The notes under the pieces are model-generated. The model was not told where the DNA came from and searched no databases. It worked only from the letters and a program-made list of their open reading frames with translations. The position numbers were made by a program, and so were the translations under genes. 64,000 nucleotides of DNA from a virus, in the IMG/VR virus record IMGVR_UViG_3300021963_000035, positions 64,001 through 128,000 of that record; one strand, 5' to 3'. Positions 40,632-49,145 of the stretch are shown here, piece after piece (position 1 is the stretch's first letter; the number at the start of each line of letters is the position of its first letter).

Positions 40632-42953
40632 ATGGACTCACAAAAAAGCATTAGTACAGATTTATTTTTCAAGATACGCAGCCGTTTTCAAGGACTGAAG
40701 CTGGGCGAATCCGCCGGTGCTATAACTATCAATCCAGAAGACGCAGTTTTCTTTGATTTTGACTATCTAGATGAAGAGCAAGTATTAGGGCATGTTTCTA
40801 TAAGCCTAGCTGAACCAACATCTATGAAGGTGTATTTCAGCACAGGTATTGCGGAAAATATGAACCCTGTCCAAAAACAACGTTGGTATGATTTTCTTTA
40901 TGAACTAAGATTATTTGCCAAGAGAAGATTAATGAGCTTTGACACAAGAGATGTGGCCAAAGACAATCTCGATAAGCGAGATTTTGAATTTTTAAGTCAA
41001 TATAATAAACCAAAGCAGCCAGAGGAAAACGCTATGAATGAAAGCGCACTATACGGAACAAAGACCGTAAGCTATCAAAAATTAGAAGATACAAGACTGA
41101 TCATTAAGCATAGTCAAGCACTATCAGATGACATGCAGCCGGGAGCAAGGAGCAGAAATATTTCTGCACTTTTTGTCGAAAATTCAGAAGGCGAACGATT
41201 TAAATATCCTTTCATTCATTTAGCTGGTGCAAGAGCAATGCAACGACATGTAGCAAACGGTGGCGCACCGTACGATGCTATTGGAGAAAGTATTATTAAG
41301 ATGAGCGAAGAAATCGCTCAACTAAGAGGCTTTGGTAATTATGTTGTTAGAAACGATTTAATGAATTCTGATACAAATTCAATAGTAGAAAGAAGCACAG
41401 AGGCACTTAATAGATTAAGAGAACAGATCACCAAGCTGTCAAAACAGAGCCATTACGAGGCATATAGAGATTCTTTCCAGGCACAACAACCGATGGAAGT
41501 CCCACAAGATGTAGTAGAAGATTTTACAGAAAAATTTACAGTTAAAAACTTCAAAGAGGATATTAAGTCTGTATTCCCAGTGTTATATAGACTTATGAAG
41601 GAAGAATCCAAGCCCATAGGCTACGACGACATAGTCGCTTTAACAAATACACAAGAACAAAAAGTCGATGAAGAATCGGCTGTTCAAGATCCATTCGAAC
41701 AGTTTGAAGATTGGGTTTTAACCTTAGGCGAAGAAGCAATAGAAGAAAACGATACAGTAGTAGTAGAAGACTCAAAAGATCCAGATCATGAGTTCGAGGA
41801 AGTTGATTTAACTGTAGAAGTTTATTGGCAAACTGAACCGGAACTTAAGATTACTAGCGTAAAATTAGGAGATTCAGAGATACTTCCAGTAGTGTATCCC
41901 GAATATATCGAGCAAATGATTGAAGCGATACAATCAGGGGACATGACTGAGCAAGGATCAGAATTTGAAATGATCGAAAACGTTGGTGTTGACTACGAAT
42001 ACGAAGAAGCACAAAGAGGCTCAAGAGAAAGAGGTACAGGCTTACAGCTAGAACCAGATTATCCAGAATCATACACAATTACGGCTGCTTATATTTCACA
42101 AAATGGCAAGACTGTAGAAGTTGAGTTACCACAACATACTATCGATTGGATGGAAGAAAAGTTAGCAGATGACAACGCCGGCAGCGGATATGATGATTAC
42201 GATTACGATGATTATTATGATCGTAGAGGTGATTATGAAGAAGCTAGCGATCCTACACATCCAGAATATGACAAGGCCGATGATTATGATCTTCCTCCTA
42301 GCAAAAGAGGTAAAGGCACAGATCAATACAAGTTACCAGATTATGAAAAACACGATTCAAGACACAAGAGAGACTTCCAAAAACGTGCAGGCACATACAA
42401 AGATGAAAGTCTAGATCTAAAAGAAGTCGCAAGATTTATCTATAGTTTCTTTGACCGCGTCAATGAATCATTCCCTAAAGGCAATGAAGGTGTAGCCATA
42501 ATGGTTGGTAAAAAATTTGGTCCACGAGCAGAAATGATTGCACGTGAAATGATCGAAAGGCTAGCACCACAGCAAGATACAGCACATATGGTAACAGATT
42601 CTGGCGATAATCAAATGCAACCAGAAACATTAGAATCTTCAGATGTTAAAGAAGGTCCAATGTGGGATAAAATTAAAGGCATCGGATCAAAAATTTCTAG
42701 CTTTGCAGACAAGCATTTAAATGATCCTAACTATGCAAATCTAGACGATCCTAAAGTACAGCCAGTAGTGGGCAAAGACGGCTATGTAACACATTACGTT
42801 AAGAATGGTAAGGTAGTACATAGAGTTCCTCCAGGCCGTAAAACTCTTAGCGGAGCCCAATCTCAAAGAGACTGGGAAGCCAGAAAAGCACAGCGTCCAG
42901 CGTCTGAATCCAGTGATGAATTGGCAAGAATCAAATCTTTATCAGGCCTATAA
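40632..42953 (+). CDS. Large acidic protein (773 aa), probable head-internal/ejected protein
   Basis: Late box at 40622-40627. Folded N-terminal ~330 aa, acidic mosaic middle with many hydrophobic-x-E|S/A/G sites, C-terminal DELARIKSLSGL. Confidence 0.55.
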   Translation: MDSQKSISTDLFFKIRSRFQGLKLGESAGAITINPEDAVFFDFDYLDEEQVLGHVSISLAEPTSMKVYFSTGIAENMNPVQKQRWYDFLYELRLFAKRRLMSFDTRDVAKDNLDKRDFEFLSQYNKPKQPEENAMNESALYGTKTVSYQKLEDTRLIIKHSQALSDDMQPGARSRNISALFVENSEGERFKYPFIHLAGARAMQRHVANGGAPYDAIGESIIKMSEEIAQLRGFGNYVVRNDLMNSDTNSIVERSTEALNRLREQITKLSKQSHYEAYRDSFQAQQPMEVPQDVVEDFTEKFTVKNFKEDIKSVFPVLYRLMKEESKPIGYDDIVALTNTQEQKVDEESAVQDPFEQFEDWVLTLGEEAIEENDTVVVEDSKDPDHEFEEVDLTVEVYWQTEPELKITSVKLGDSEILPVVYPEYIEQMIEAIQSGDMTEQGSEFEMIENVGVDYEYEEAQRGSRERGTGLQLEPDYPESYTITAAYISQNGKTVEVELPQHTIDWMEEKLADDNAGSGYDDYDYDDYYDRRGDYEEASDPTHPEYDKADDYDLPPSKRGKGTDQYKLPDYEKHDSRHKRDFQKRAGTYKDESLDLKEVARFIYSFFDRVNESFPKGNEGVAIMVGKKFGPRAEMIAREMIERLAPQQDTAHMVTDSGDNQMQPETLESSDVKEGPMWDKIKGIGSKISSFADKHLNDPNYANLDDPKVQPVVGKDGYVTHYVKNGKVVHRVPPGRKTLSGAQSQRDWEARKAQRPASESSDELARIKSLSGL

Positions 42954-42970
42954 TTTATAGAAACTAATAC

Positions 42971-42992
42971 AAGGGCACTTAGGTGCCCTTTT
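42971..42992 (+). terminator. Rho-independent terminator
   Basis: AAGGGCAC-TTAG-GTGCCCTTTT. Confidence 0.88.
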
Positions 42993-43075
42993 ATTTTGGA
43001 TAAAATAAATTTAACTTTTCTGTCAACCAGTAGTCTAACCGAAACGTTATTATATTATGTTAGGAGAGAACTACT

Positions 43076-43372
43076 ATGAAGAAGTTACTAGCAATTACGT
43101 TTGCTGGTCTGATGTCAGTGACGACAGTAAGCCAGGCAAATCCTTATCACAGGCATCATCATGGACATCACAATCGTTACGACTGGGTTGCTCCGCTTGT
43201 GATAGGAGGCGTAGTGACGTATGCACTCACGAGACCGCAACCAGTTATAGTACAACAACCTCCGGTAGTATATTATCCTAACCCGCAACCACCTGCACCA
43301 TTCGGTTATCATTACGAGCAAATACTCGACGCTAACTGTCAATGTTACAGACTGGTACTTGTTTCAAACTAA
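43076..43372 (+). CDS. Small exported His/Pro-rich protein
   Basis: Signal peptide MKKLLAITFAGLMSVTTVSQA; HRHHHGHH; hydrophobic WVAPLVIGGVVTYAL; Pro-rich; CQC. SD AGGAG. Confidence 0.75.
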   Translation: MKKLLAITFAGLMSVTTVSQANPYHRHHHGHHNRYDWVAPLVIGGVVTYALTRPQPVIVQQPPVVYYPNPQPPAPFGYHYEQILDANCQCYRLVLVSN

Positions 43373-43388
43373 CCTTAAAGGAAATAAA

Positions 43389-43586
43389 ATGAAATTAATC
43401 GCAACTCTAGTAGCATCATTGTTCGCAGTAACCGCTTTCGCAGCAGAACCTGCCAAGAAAGAAGAAAAGAAGGTAGAAGCCAAGCCAGCAGCAGCCGCAC
43501 CAGCAGCATCAGCAGCCAAGGCCCCTGCCACTAAAAGTGACAAGAAGGACGCACCAAAGGCTGACGCAAAGCCAGCCACTAAGTAA
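43389..43586 (+). CDS. Small exported Ala/Lys/Pro-rich protein (Asr-like composition)
   Basis: SD AAGGA before ATG 43389; signal peptide ending AFA; mature AEPAKKEEKK...KPAAAAPA. Confidence 0.75.
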   Translation: MKLIATLVASLFAVTAFAAEPAKKEEKKVEAKPAAAAPAASAAKAPATKSDKKDAPKADAKPATK

Positions 43587-43764
43587 TCGAAACTTAGAAG
43601 ACAGTGACTTTATCGTTGACGACGAAGTCACTTTTGGACGTAATCTAAGAGCTAACAAATATGGCAAAATCGTCCAGGATGATTTATCAGATTATGTGAA
43701 GTTTAGATTATGGCTAGCAAGACAATTAGCACTAGCTAAGTATCGAGAAAAATGGGCTGCATAA
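43537..43764 (+). CDS. Hypothetical protein (GTG start, overlaps previous gene)
   Basis: Fills the gap up to the terminator; amphipathic C-terminal helix LSDYVKFRLWLARQLALAKYRE; start uncertain. Confidence 0.5.
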   Translation: MTRRTHQRLTQSQPLSNRNLEDSDFIVDDEVTFGRNLRANKYGKIVQDDLSDYVKFRLWLARQLALAKYREKWAA

Positions 43765-43773
43765 GCCCTTTTT
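43754..43773 (+). terminator. Probable terminator
   Basis: GGGCT-GCATA-AGCCC-TTTTT. Confidence 0.6.
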
Positions 43774-43810
43774 CTTTGGTTAAAAAAGTCGCAAATAGTG
43801 TTGTTTTTTA

Positions 43811-43839
43811 TTGACATTGCTAAATAAAAAACGCATAAT
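43811..43839 (+). promoter_or_regulatory. Sigma70 promoter with an embedded late box, upstream of the gp32-like gene
   Basis: TTGACA (43811-43816)-N17-CATAAT (43834-43839); TAAATA at 43821-43826 lies inside the spacer. Confidence 0.75.
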
Positions 43840-43893
43840 AAACATTGTGCGATAGGCATACATTTTAAGGCAAATTATAGGAGGCAAATTAAA

Positions 43894-44865
43894 ATGGCAA
43901 CATTAGCAGAAATCCGTGCGAAACTTCAAGAAGCACAAACAAAATCCACAGGCCAGAACACTGGCGGCGACAACGCAATTTATCCCCACTGGAACATGCA
44001 AGAAGGTAAAGAAGCTATCCTTCGTTTCTTACCTGACGGTGATTCAAACAACACATTCTTCTGGGTAGAACGTGCGATGATTAAATTAGAATTTGCTGGC
44101 ATCAAAGGCGAGTCAGAATCTAAGAAAACAATCGTACAAGTACCTTGTGTAGAAATGTATGGACCAAACGAAGTATGTCCAATTCTTAGCGAAGTACGTG
44201 GGTGGTTCAAGGACAAATCGTTAGAGGAAAAAGGTCGTCAATATTGGAAGAAGCGTTCATACATCTTCCAAGGCTTTGTCACTGATGATCCTTTGAAAGA
44301 AGATAGTCCACCAGAAAATCCAATCCGTAGATTTATCATTGGTCCTCAGATCTATCAGATCATCCGTGGCGCATTGATGGATCCAGAATTGGAAGAATTG
44401 CCAACAGACGCATTACGTGGAGTTGATTTCCGTATTGTAAAGACTAGCAAAGGTGGTTTTGCTGATTACTCTACTTCTAAGTGGAGCCGTCGTGAGCGTT
44501 CGCTTACTGATGTCGAACAAGCTGCTATTGAAAAATATGGTTTGTTTAATTTGAAAGATTTCTTACCTAAGAAACCAACTGATGTTGAACTTAAGGTTAT
44601 TAAAGAAATGTTTGAAGCATCAGTTAATGGTGAAGCATACGATCCAACTCGTTGGAGTCAGTATTACAAGCCAGCAGGCATCGGAAGCCAAACTGGTGAT
44701 CCTTTAAAACAATCTGCATCTAGAGATGATGACCATGCAGACGATGAGCCAGCATCTGCTCCAAAGGCAGCTCCTGCTCCTCAAGCATCGTCAGCAGCAT
44801 CTGGTGACAGTAGCAGTCGTGCGCAAGACATCCTTGCCATGATTCGCAATCGTCAGAAACAATAA
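43894..44865 (+). CDS. Single-stranded DNA-binding protein, T4 gp32-like
   Basis: LRFLPD, VPC.EMY...CPI, YWKKRSY, G.DF...KT.KGG.ADY..S.W; acidic/Ala-rich tail. Confidence 0.9.
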   Translation: MATLAEIRAKLQEAQTKSTGQNTGGDNAIYPHWNMQEGKEAILRFLPDGDSNNTFFWVERAMIKLEFAGIKGESESKKTIVQVPCVEMYGPNEVCPILSEVRGWFKDKSLEEKGRQYWKKRSYIFQGFVTDDPLKEDSPPENPIRRFIIGPQIYQIIRGALMDPELEELPTDALRGVDFRIVKTSKGGFADYSTSKWSRRERSLTDVEQAAIEKYGLFNLKDFLPKKPTDVELKVIKEMFEASVNGEAYDPTRWSQYYKPAGIGSQTGDPLKQSASRDDDHADDEPASAPKAAPAPQASSAASGDSSSRAQDILAMIRNRQKQ

Positions 44866-44875
44866 TAATAAACAA

Positions 44876-44900
44876 AGAGTACGGGTTAATCCCGTACTCT
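44876..44900 (+). other. Strong intergenic hairpin (terminator or mRNA stabiliser)
   Basis: AGAGTACGGG-TTAAT-CCCGTACTCT: 10-bp perfect stem, weak U-tract. Confidence 0.7.
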
Positions 44901-44922
44901 CTTGTCAACAAAGGAGATCAAC

Positions 44923-45114
44923 ATGGCAAAATTAACAAAGTTAGCGAAAGTAAACGAACAGATCACCATTAATCGTTATGATAACGGTTGGATGGTAGAG
45001 ATTGGCGGCCGCGATAAGAAAGAAGAATGGAAAAACACAAAGACAATGTGTAATACCGAGGAAGATGTTATCGCTGTAATTAAAGAGTGGAATTCAATGG
45101 AGTTAGATCAATAA
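44923..45114 (+). CDS. Hypothetical protein (63 aa)
   Basis: SD AAGGAG at 44911, ATG 44923; stop overlaps the RecA start (TAATG). Confidence 0.75.
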   Translation: MAKLTKLAKVNEQITINRYDNGWMVEIGGRDKKEEWKNTKTMCNTEEDVIAVIKEWNSMELDQ

Positions 45115-46193
45115 TGACTAAAGCATTTGATATTTCTAAATTCAGAAAGTCGATTACTAAGAGTATTGAAGGTCTTAGTATTGGCTTTAATGATCCTACT
45201 GATTGGGTCAGCACAGGCAATTATGCCCTTAACTATTTGATCAGCGGAGATTTCCATAAAGGAGTTCCGTTAGGTAAAGTAACTGTGTTTGCTGGTGAAT
45301 CAGGTGCGGGTAAAAGTTATATCTGCTCTGGTAATTTGATCCGTCACGCACAAGAACAGGGCATCTATCCTATTCTAATTGATTCAGAAAATGCTCTAGA
45401 TGAAGATTGGTTAAAAGCACTTGGTGTTGACACTAGTGAAGATAAACTCTTAAAATTAAACATGGCAATGATCGATGATGTTGCTAAAACAATAAATGAG
45501 TTTATGACTGAATACAAAGCAATGCCAGAAGACAATCGTCCTAAAGTGTTATTTGTTATTGATTCACTTGGTATGTTGTTAACACCTACAGATGTTAATC
45601 AATTCGAAGCAGGTGATTTGAAAGGTGACATGGGTCGTAAGCCTAAGGCATTGACAGCACTTGTTCGTAACTGTGTAAACATGTTTGGTAGCAATAATGT
45701 AGGATTGGTAGCAACTAATCACACATATGCTAGCCAGGATATGTTTGACCCAGACGATAAGATCAGCGGTGGTCAAGGTTTTATCTATGCATCAAGTATC
45801 GTTGTTGCTATGAAGAAACTAAAACTTAAAGAAGATGACGATGGCAATAAGATCTCAGAAGTACGTGGTATCCGTGCTGCTTGTAAGGTTATGAAAACAC
45901 GTTATGCTAAGCCATTCGAAAGTGTACAAGTGAAGATTCCTTATGAAACAGGTATGAATCCGTATAGCGGACTGGTCGATCTGTTTGAAGCTAAAGAGAT
46001 GCTCAAGAAAGAAGGTAACAGTCTTGTATATGTAACATCTGATGGTGAGATTATCAAACAATTCCGCAAAGCCTGGGAACGCAATGATAATCAAGGACTT
46101 GACAAACTAATGGCAGACGTAGGATCAAAAGATGGCGAAATTTCTAGATCTGAGATAATTAACAGTATTGAACCGGAGACTGTTGCAGAATGA
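45114..46193 (+). CDS. uvsX: RecA/UvsX-like recombinase
   Basis: STG.YALN..ISG, AGESGAGKS (Walker A), IDSENA, VIDSLG (Walker B), NHTY, SGG.G..YASS. ATG at 45114 is the likely start. Confidence 0.93.
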   Translation: MTKAFDISKFRKSITKSIEGLSIGFNDPTDWVSTGNYALNYLISGDFHKGVPLGKVTVFAGESGAGKSYICSGNLIRHAQEQGIYPILIDSENALDEDWLKALGVDTSEDKLLKLNMAMIDDVAKTINEFMTEYKAMPEDNRPKVLFVIDSLGMLLTPTDVNQFEAGDLKGDMGRKPKALTALVRNCVNMFGSNNVGLVATNHTYASQDMFDPDDKISGGQGFIYASSIVVAMKKLKLKEDDDGNKISEVRGIRAACKVMKTRYAKPFESVQVKIPYETGMNPYSGLVDLFEAKEMLKKEGNSLVYVTSDGEIIKQFRKAWERNDNQGLDKLMADVGSKDGEISRSEIINSIEPETVAE

Positions 46194-46432
46194 AAGAAGA
46201 CCTTATCGCCGATATCTGGAATTTGATGATCGAGCATATTCCAGAAAAATCTCGTAAAGACGTTGCTAGCGATTTTATCAATACTTTGTTAGATTATGGA
46301 ATCAAAGATTCTACTATCGAAAGTTTGTTAGGAATCGATCCATATCTCGACGACGCTATTAGTTATTCTATAGACGGAGAAGAGATCATGGATGAGTATG
46401 ATGATGACAACTATAACGAAGATGACGAATGA
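46190..46432 (+). CDS. Small acidic hypothetical protein
   Basis: 80-aa ORF coupled (ATGA) on both sides, between the recombinase and the UvsY-like gene. Confidence 0.7.
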   Translation: MKEDLIADIWNLMIEHIPEKSRKDVASDFINTLLDYGIKDSTIESLLGIDPYLDDAISYSIDGEEIMDEYDDDNYNEDDE

Positions 46433-46884
46433 GTTGGTACGAAAAAGTTTCTAAAGATATCTCTTACATTCCAGATGCTGTAGCATTCTATGAAAAAGAA
46501 TTGTTAGATGCAAAACTGGAATGTAAGATCTTTGGCAACATTGAAAAAGCGTCGGCAAATATGCCGGGTGTAGTAGAGAATCGTTTTAATCAATTACAAG
46601 AGATAGAAGCGATTCTTGAATACCTTAACATAGAATTACGTAGGCTAAAGAGCCAACATTTTCGCAAATATCTAGAAAACTATCAGAGGGCACTCAGTAG
46701 TAGAGATTGCGAAAAATTTGTTGACGGGGAAGCGGATGTCGTTGATTTTGAAAAGATTATTAACGAATTTGCATTACTTAGAAACAAATGGTTAGGTATT
46801 ATTAAATCATTAGATCAAAAACAATGGCATCTAACTAATATCATTAAACTGCGAATAGCAGGAATGGAAGACGCAACCATTTAA
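46429..46884 (+). CDS. uvsY: UvsY-like recombination mediator
   Basis: Helical ~150 aa; KY...Y..AL...D..K.VDG..D, IIK.L.QK.W...NIIKLR.AG; next to the recombinase. Confidence 0.75.
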   Translation: MSWYEKVSKDISYIPDAVAFYEKELLDAKLECKIFGNIEKASANMPGVVENRFNQLQEIEAILEYLNIELRRLKSQHFRKYLENYQRALSSRDCEKFVDGEADVVDFEKIINEFALLRNKWLGIIKSLDQKQWHLTNIIKLRIAGMEDATI

Positions 46885-46885
46885 C

Positions 46886-46908
46886 AAAGGTCCCCAGGGA
46901 CCTTTCTT
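46886..46908 (+). terminator. Terminator ending the recombination operon
   Basis: AAAGGTCC-CCAG-GGACCTTT-CTT. Confidence 0.8.
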
Positions 46909-46916
46909 TATAAATA
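46909..46916 (+). promoter_or_regulatory. Perfect T4-type late promoter TATAAATA at the head of the glycan island
   Basis: TATAAATA, 5 nt before ATG 46922. Confidence 0.8.
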
Positions 46917-46921
46917 TCGCT

Positions 46922-47665
46922 ATGAAAATAGTACTAGTAACAGGTGGGTTTGATCCACTTCATAGCGGCCACATCGAATACTTTAAAGCAGCAGCAAAAT
47001 TAGGAGATACTCTATTAGTCGGAGTAAACTCTGATGAATGGTTGCAACGTAAAAAGGGTGCAGCATTCATGCCTTGGGCCGAACGTGCTGAAATAATACG
47101 AAATCTAAAAATGGTAAGCGGTGTAATATCGTTCAATGACGACGATAATACTGCGATTGATGCTATATTAAAAGTAAGAGAAGTTTATTTCGGAGATACT
47201 ATTATCTTTGCCAACGGCGGAGATAGAACCAAAGACAACATACCTGAAATGGGGATAGCAGATCCTGATTTATTTTTTGCATTCGGAGTGGGTGGAGAAG
47301 ATAAAAGGAATTCTAGCAGTTGGATACTAAATGAATGGAAATCTCCTAAAACTGTAAGACCTTGGGGATATTATCGTGTGTTACATACTGTGGGACGAAA
47401 TGTAAAAGTTAAAGAATTAACAGTTGATCCTGGAAAATCTTTAAGTATGCAAAGACACAAGTATCGCACAGAATTATGGTTTGTAGCAGAGGGCGAAGCC
47501 GATACAAATTGGAATCCAGGCCATACTAAAATAAAAGAATTTAAGACTGAAGTTATTAGGGCTGGCGAATGGCATCAGTTACATAACACAACGGACGATC
47601 CATTAAAGATTATAGAAATACAATACGGCGAAGTCTGCGACGAGGAAGATATAGAAAGAAAATGA
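46922..47665 (+). CDS. Nucleotidyltransferase (HxGH, RfaE-II/TagD-like) fused to a mannose-6-P-isomerase-type cupin
   Basis: VTGGFDPLHSGH, GVNSDEWL.RKKG, ER..II, FANGGDR; C-terminal RPWG.Y.VL...VKEL.V.PG.SLS.Q.H...E.W.V. Confidence 0.88.
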   Translation: MKIVLVTGGFDPLHSGHIEYFKAAAKLGDTLLVGVNSDEWLQRKKGAAFMPWAERAEIIRNLKMVSGVISFNDDDNTAIDAILKVREVYFGDTIIFANGGDRTKDNIPEMGIADPDLFFAFGVGGEDKRNSSSWILNEWKSPKTVRPWGYYRVLHTVGRNVKVKELTVDPGKSLSMQRHKYRTELWFVAEGEADTNWNPGHTKIKEFKTEVIRAGEWHQLHNTTDDPLKIIEIQYGEVCDEEDIERK

Positions 47666-48348
47666 AAGACATAATTCCTATTTTTATCGGTTATGATCCG
47701 AGAGAAGCTATCGCTTATCATACATGTGCTAACAGCATTATTAGAAATTCAAGTAGGCCTGTTAGCATAGTTCCAGTAGCTCTAAATTTATTTAAAGACT
47801 ATACTGAGACACATACCGACGGTAGCAATCATTTTATCTATACAAGATTCCTTGTGCCTTGGATGATGAGTTGGGCTGGACATGCTATATTCATTGATGG
47901 AGACATGATAGTTAGAGGTGACATAGCAGAATTATGGGCATTAAGAGAAACAGGTAAAGATGTCCAGGTAGTCAAACACGATTACAAAACTAAAATGCCT
48001 GTGAAATATCTTGGAGCAAAGAATGAAGACTATCCTAGAAAAAATTGGTCTAGTGTTATTTTGTGGAATTGTAATAGCTTTCCTAACAGGAAACTTACCC
48101 CTGAATTTATCCAACAATCCAGCGGCAGTTTCCTCCACCGCTTCTCGTGGTTAGACGACGAGCGCATAGGTGAATTACCTAAAGAATGGAACTGGTTGCC
48201 AGACGAATATGGTCCTAATCCCGATGCTAAGTTATTGCATTATACTTTAGGTACTCCTTGCTTTCATGAATTCGCCAACACACCAATGGGTGACGAATGG
48301 CATCGTGAACGCATATTAACTGAATATTGTCAACAAAGAAATATATGA
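47662..48348 (+). CDS. GT-A glycosyltransferase (GT8-like)
   Basis: IFIGYD.RE, F.Y.RFLVP, FIDGDM (DxD), YPRKNWSSV.LWN, LP.EWNWL, LLHYTLG.P. Confidence 0.88.
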   Translation: MKDIIPIFIGYDPREAIAYHTCANSIIRNSSRPVSIVPVALNLFKDYTETHTDGSNHFIYTRFLVPWMMSWAGHAIFIDGDMIVRGDIAELWALRETGKDVQVVKHDYKTKMPVKYLGAKNEDYPRKNWSSVILWNCNSFPNRKLTPEFIQQSSGSFLHRFSWLDDERIGELPKEWNWLPDEYGPNPDAKLLHYTLGTPCFHEFANTPMGDEWHRERILTEYCQQRNI

Positions 48349-49145
48349 ATTGGATATTTCTAGATAACACAGAAAAATCACAATATGTAGAACTATTTGC
48401 AAAAAGTGCCGGGAAACTTATTACTCCTTACGAGAATTTTGTCTATGCGGATAGCAACGATCCGTTAGTTATCAGAGGAATTCTTAAAAATAAATTAATA
48501 AAACAATGTTGGAAAGACAATCGAACATTTTATTATTTTGATACTGGATATGTAGGCAACGACGTTTATCAATCTAATCCTAACGGTTACAAATACTGGC
48601 ATAGAATAGTTAAGAACGATCTGCAACACGGAAAAATAATTCCTAGACCAGACGATCGCTGGCGAAAACTAAACAAAACAATTAAGCCCTGGAAACGATC
48701 AGGCAGCAGAATAATAATAGCTGCACCGGACGAAAAACCCTGTAAGTTCTACGGAATAGAACTAGAGCAATGGTTAACAAACTTAGTCGACGAGTTAAAA
48801 AAATATACCGATCGTTCTATTGTAGTACGTCGCCGTCCTGCTAATAGAATGGACAGAAAACAAAATATCCCTTTAGTTCAAGAATTAGAAAATGATGTTC
48901 ACGCATTGATTACATTTAATAGTATTGCTGCAACTGAAGCAATAATAAATGGCATTCCCGCATTTACTCTTGCACCCACAAATGCTGCTAGTCCTGTTAG
49001 TTTACAAGATATAAGTAGTATAGAGAATCCGTACTATGCTGACCCCGAAAAAGTGTATGCTTGGGCCTGTCATCTAGCCTACGGACAATTTCATACTGAA
49101 GAATTGAAAAACGGTACGGCATTAAACATTTTATATAATGACTAG
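48345..49145 (+). CDS. KpsS/KpsC-like (capsule-synthesis type) glycosyltransferase, paralog 1
   Basis: YYFDTGY, IVVRRRP, FNSIAATEAIINGIP, YGQF..EEL..G. Start ATG 48345 is coupled to the upstream stop. Confidence 0.7.
   Translation: MNWIFLDNTEKSQYVELFAKSAGKLITPYENFVYADSNDPLVIRGILKNKLIKQCWKDNRTFYYFDTGYVGNDVYQSNPNGYKYWHRIVKNDLQHGKIIPRPDDRWRKLNKTIKPWKRSGSRIIIAAPDEKPCKFYGIELEQWLTNLVDELKKYTDRSIVVRRRPANRMDRKQNIPLVQELENDVHALITFNSIAATEAIINGIPAFTLAPTNAASPVSLQDISSIENPYYADPEKVYAWACHLAYGQFHTEELKNGTALNILYND

Noticed and set aside
39034-46193. Inteins or introns in terminase or recombinase (also checked in the helicase and primase)
   Set aside because: Lengths and motif spacing are normal; no splice-junction motifs seen.
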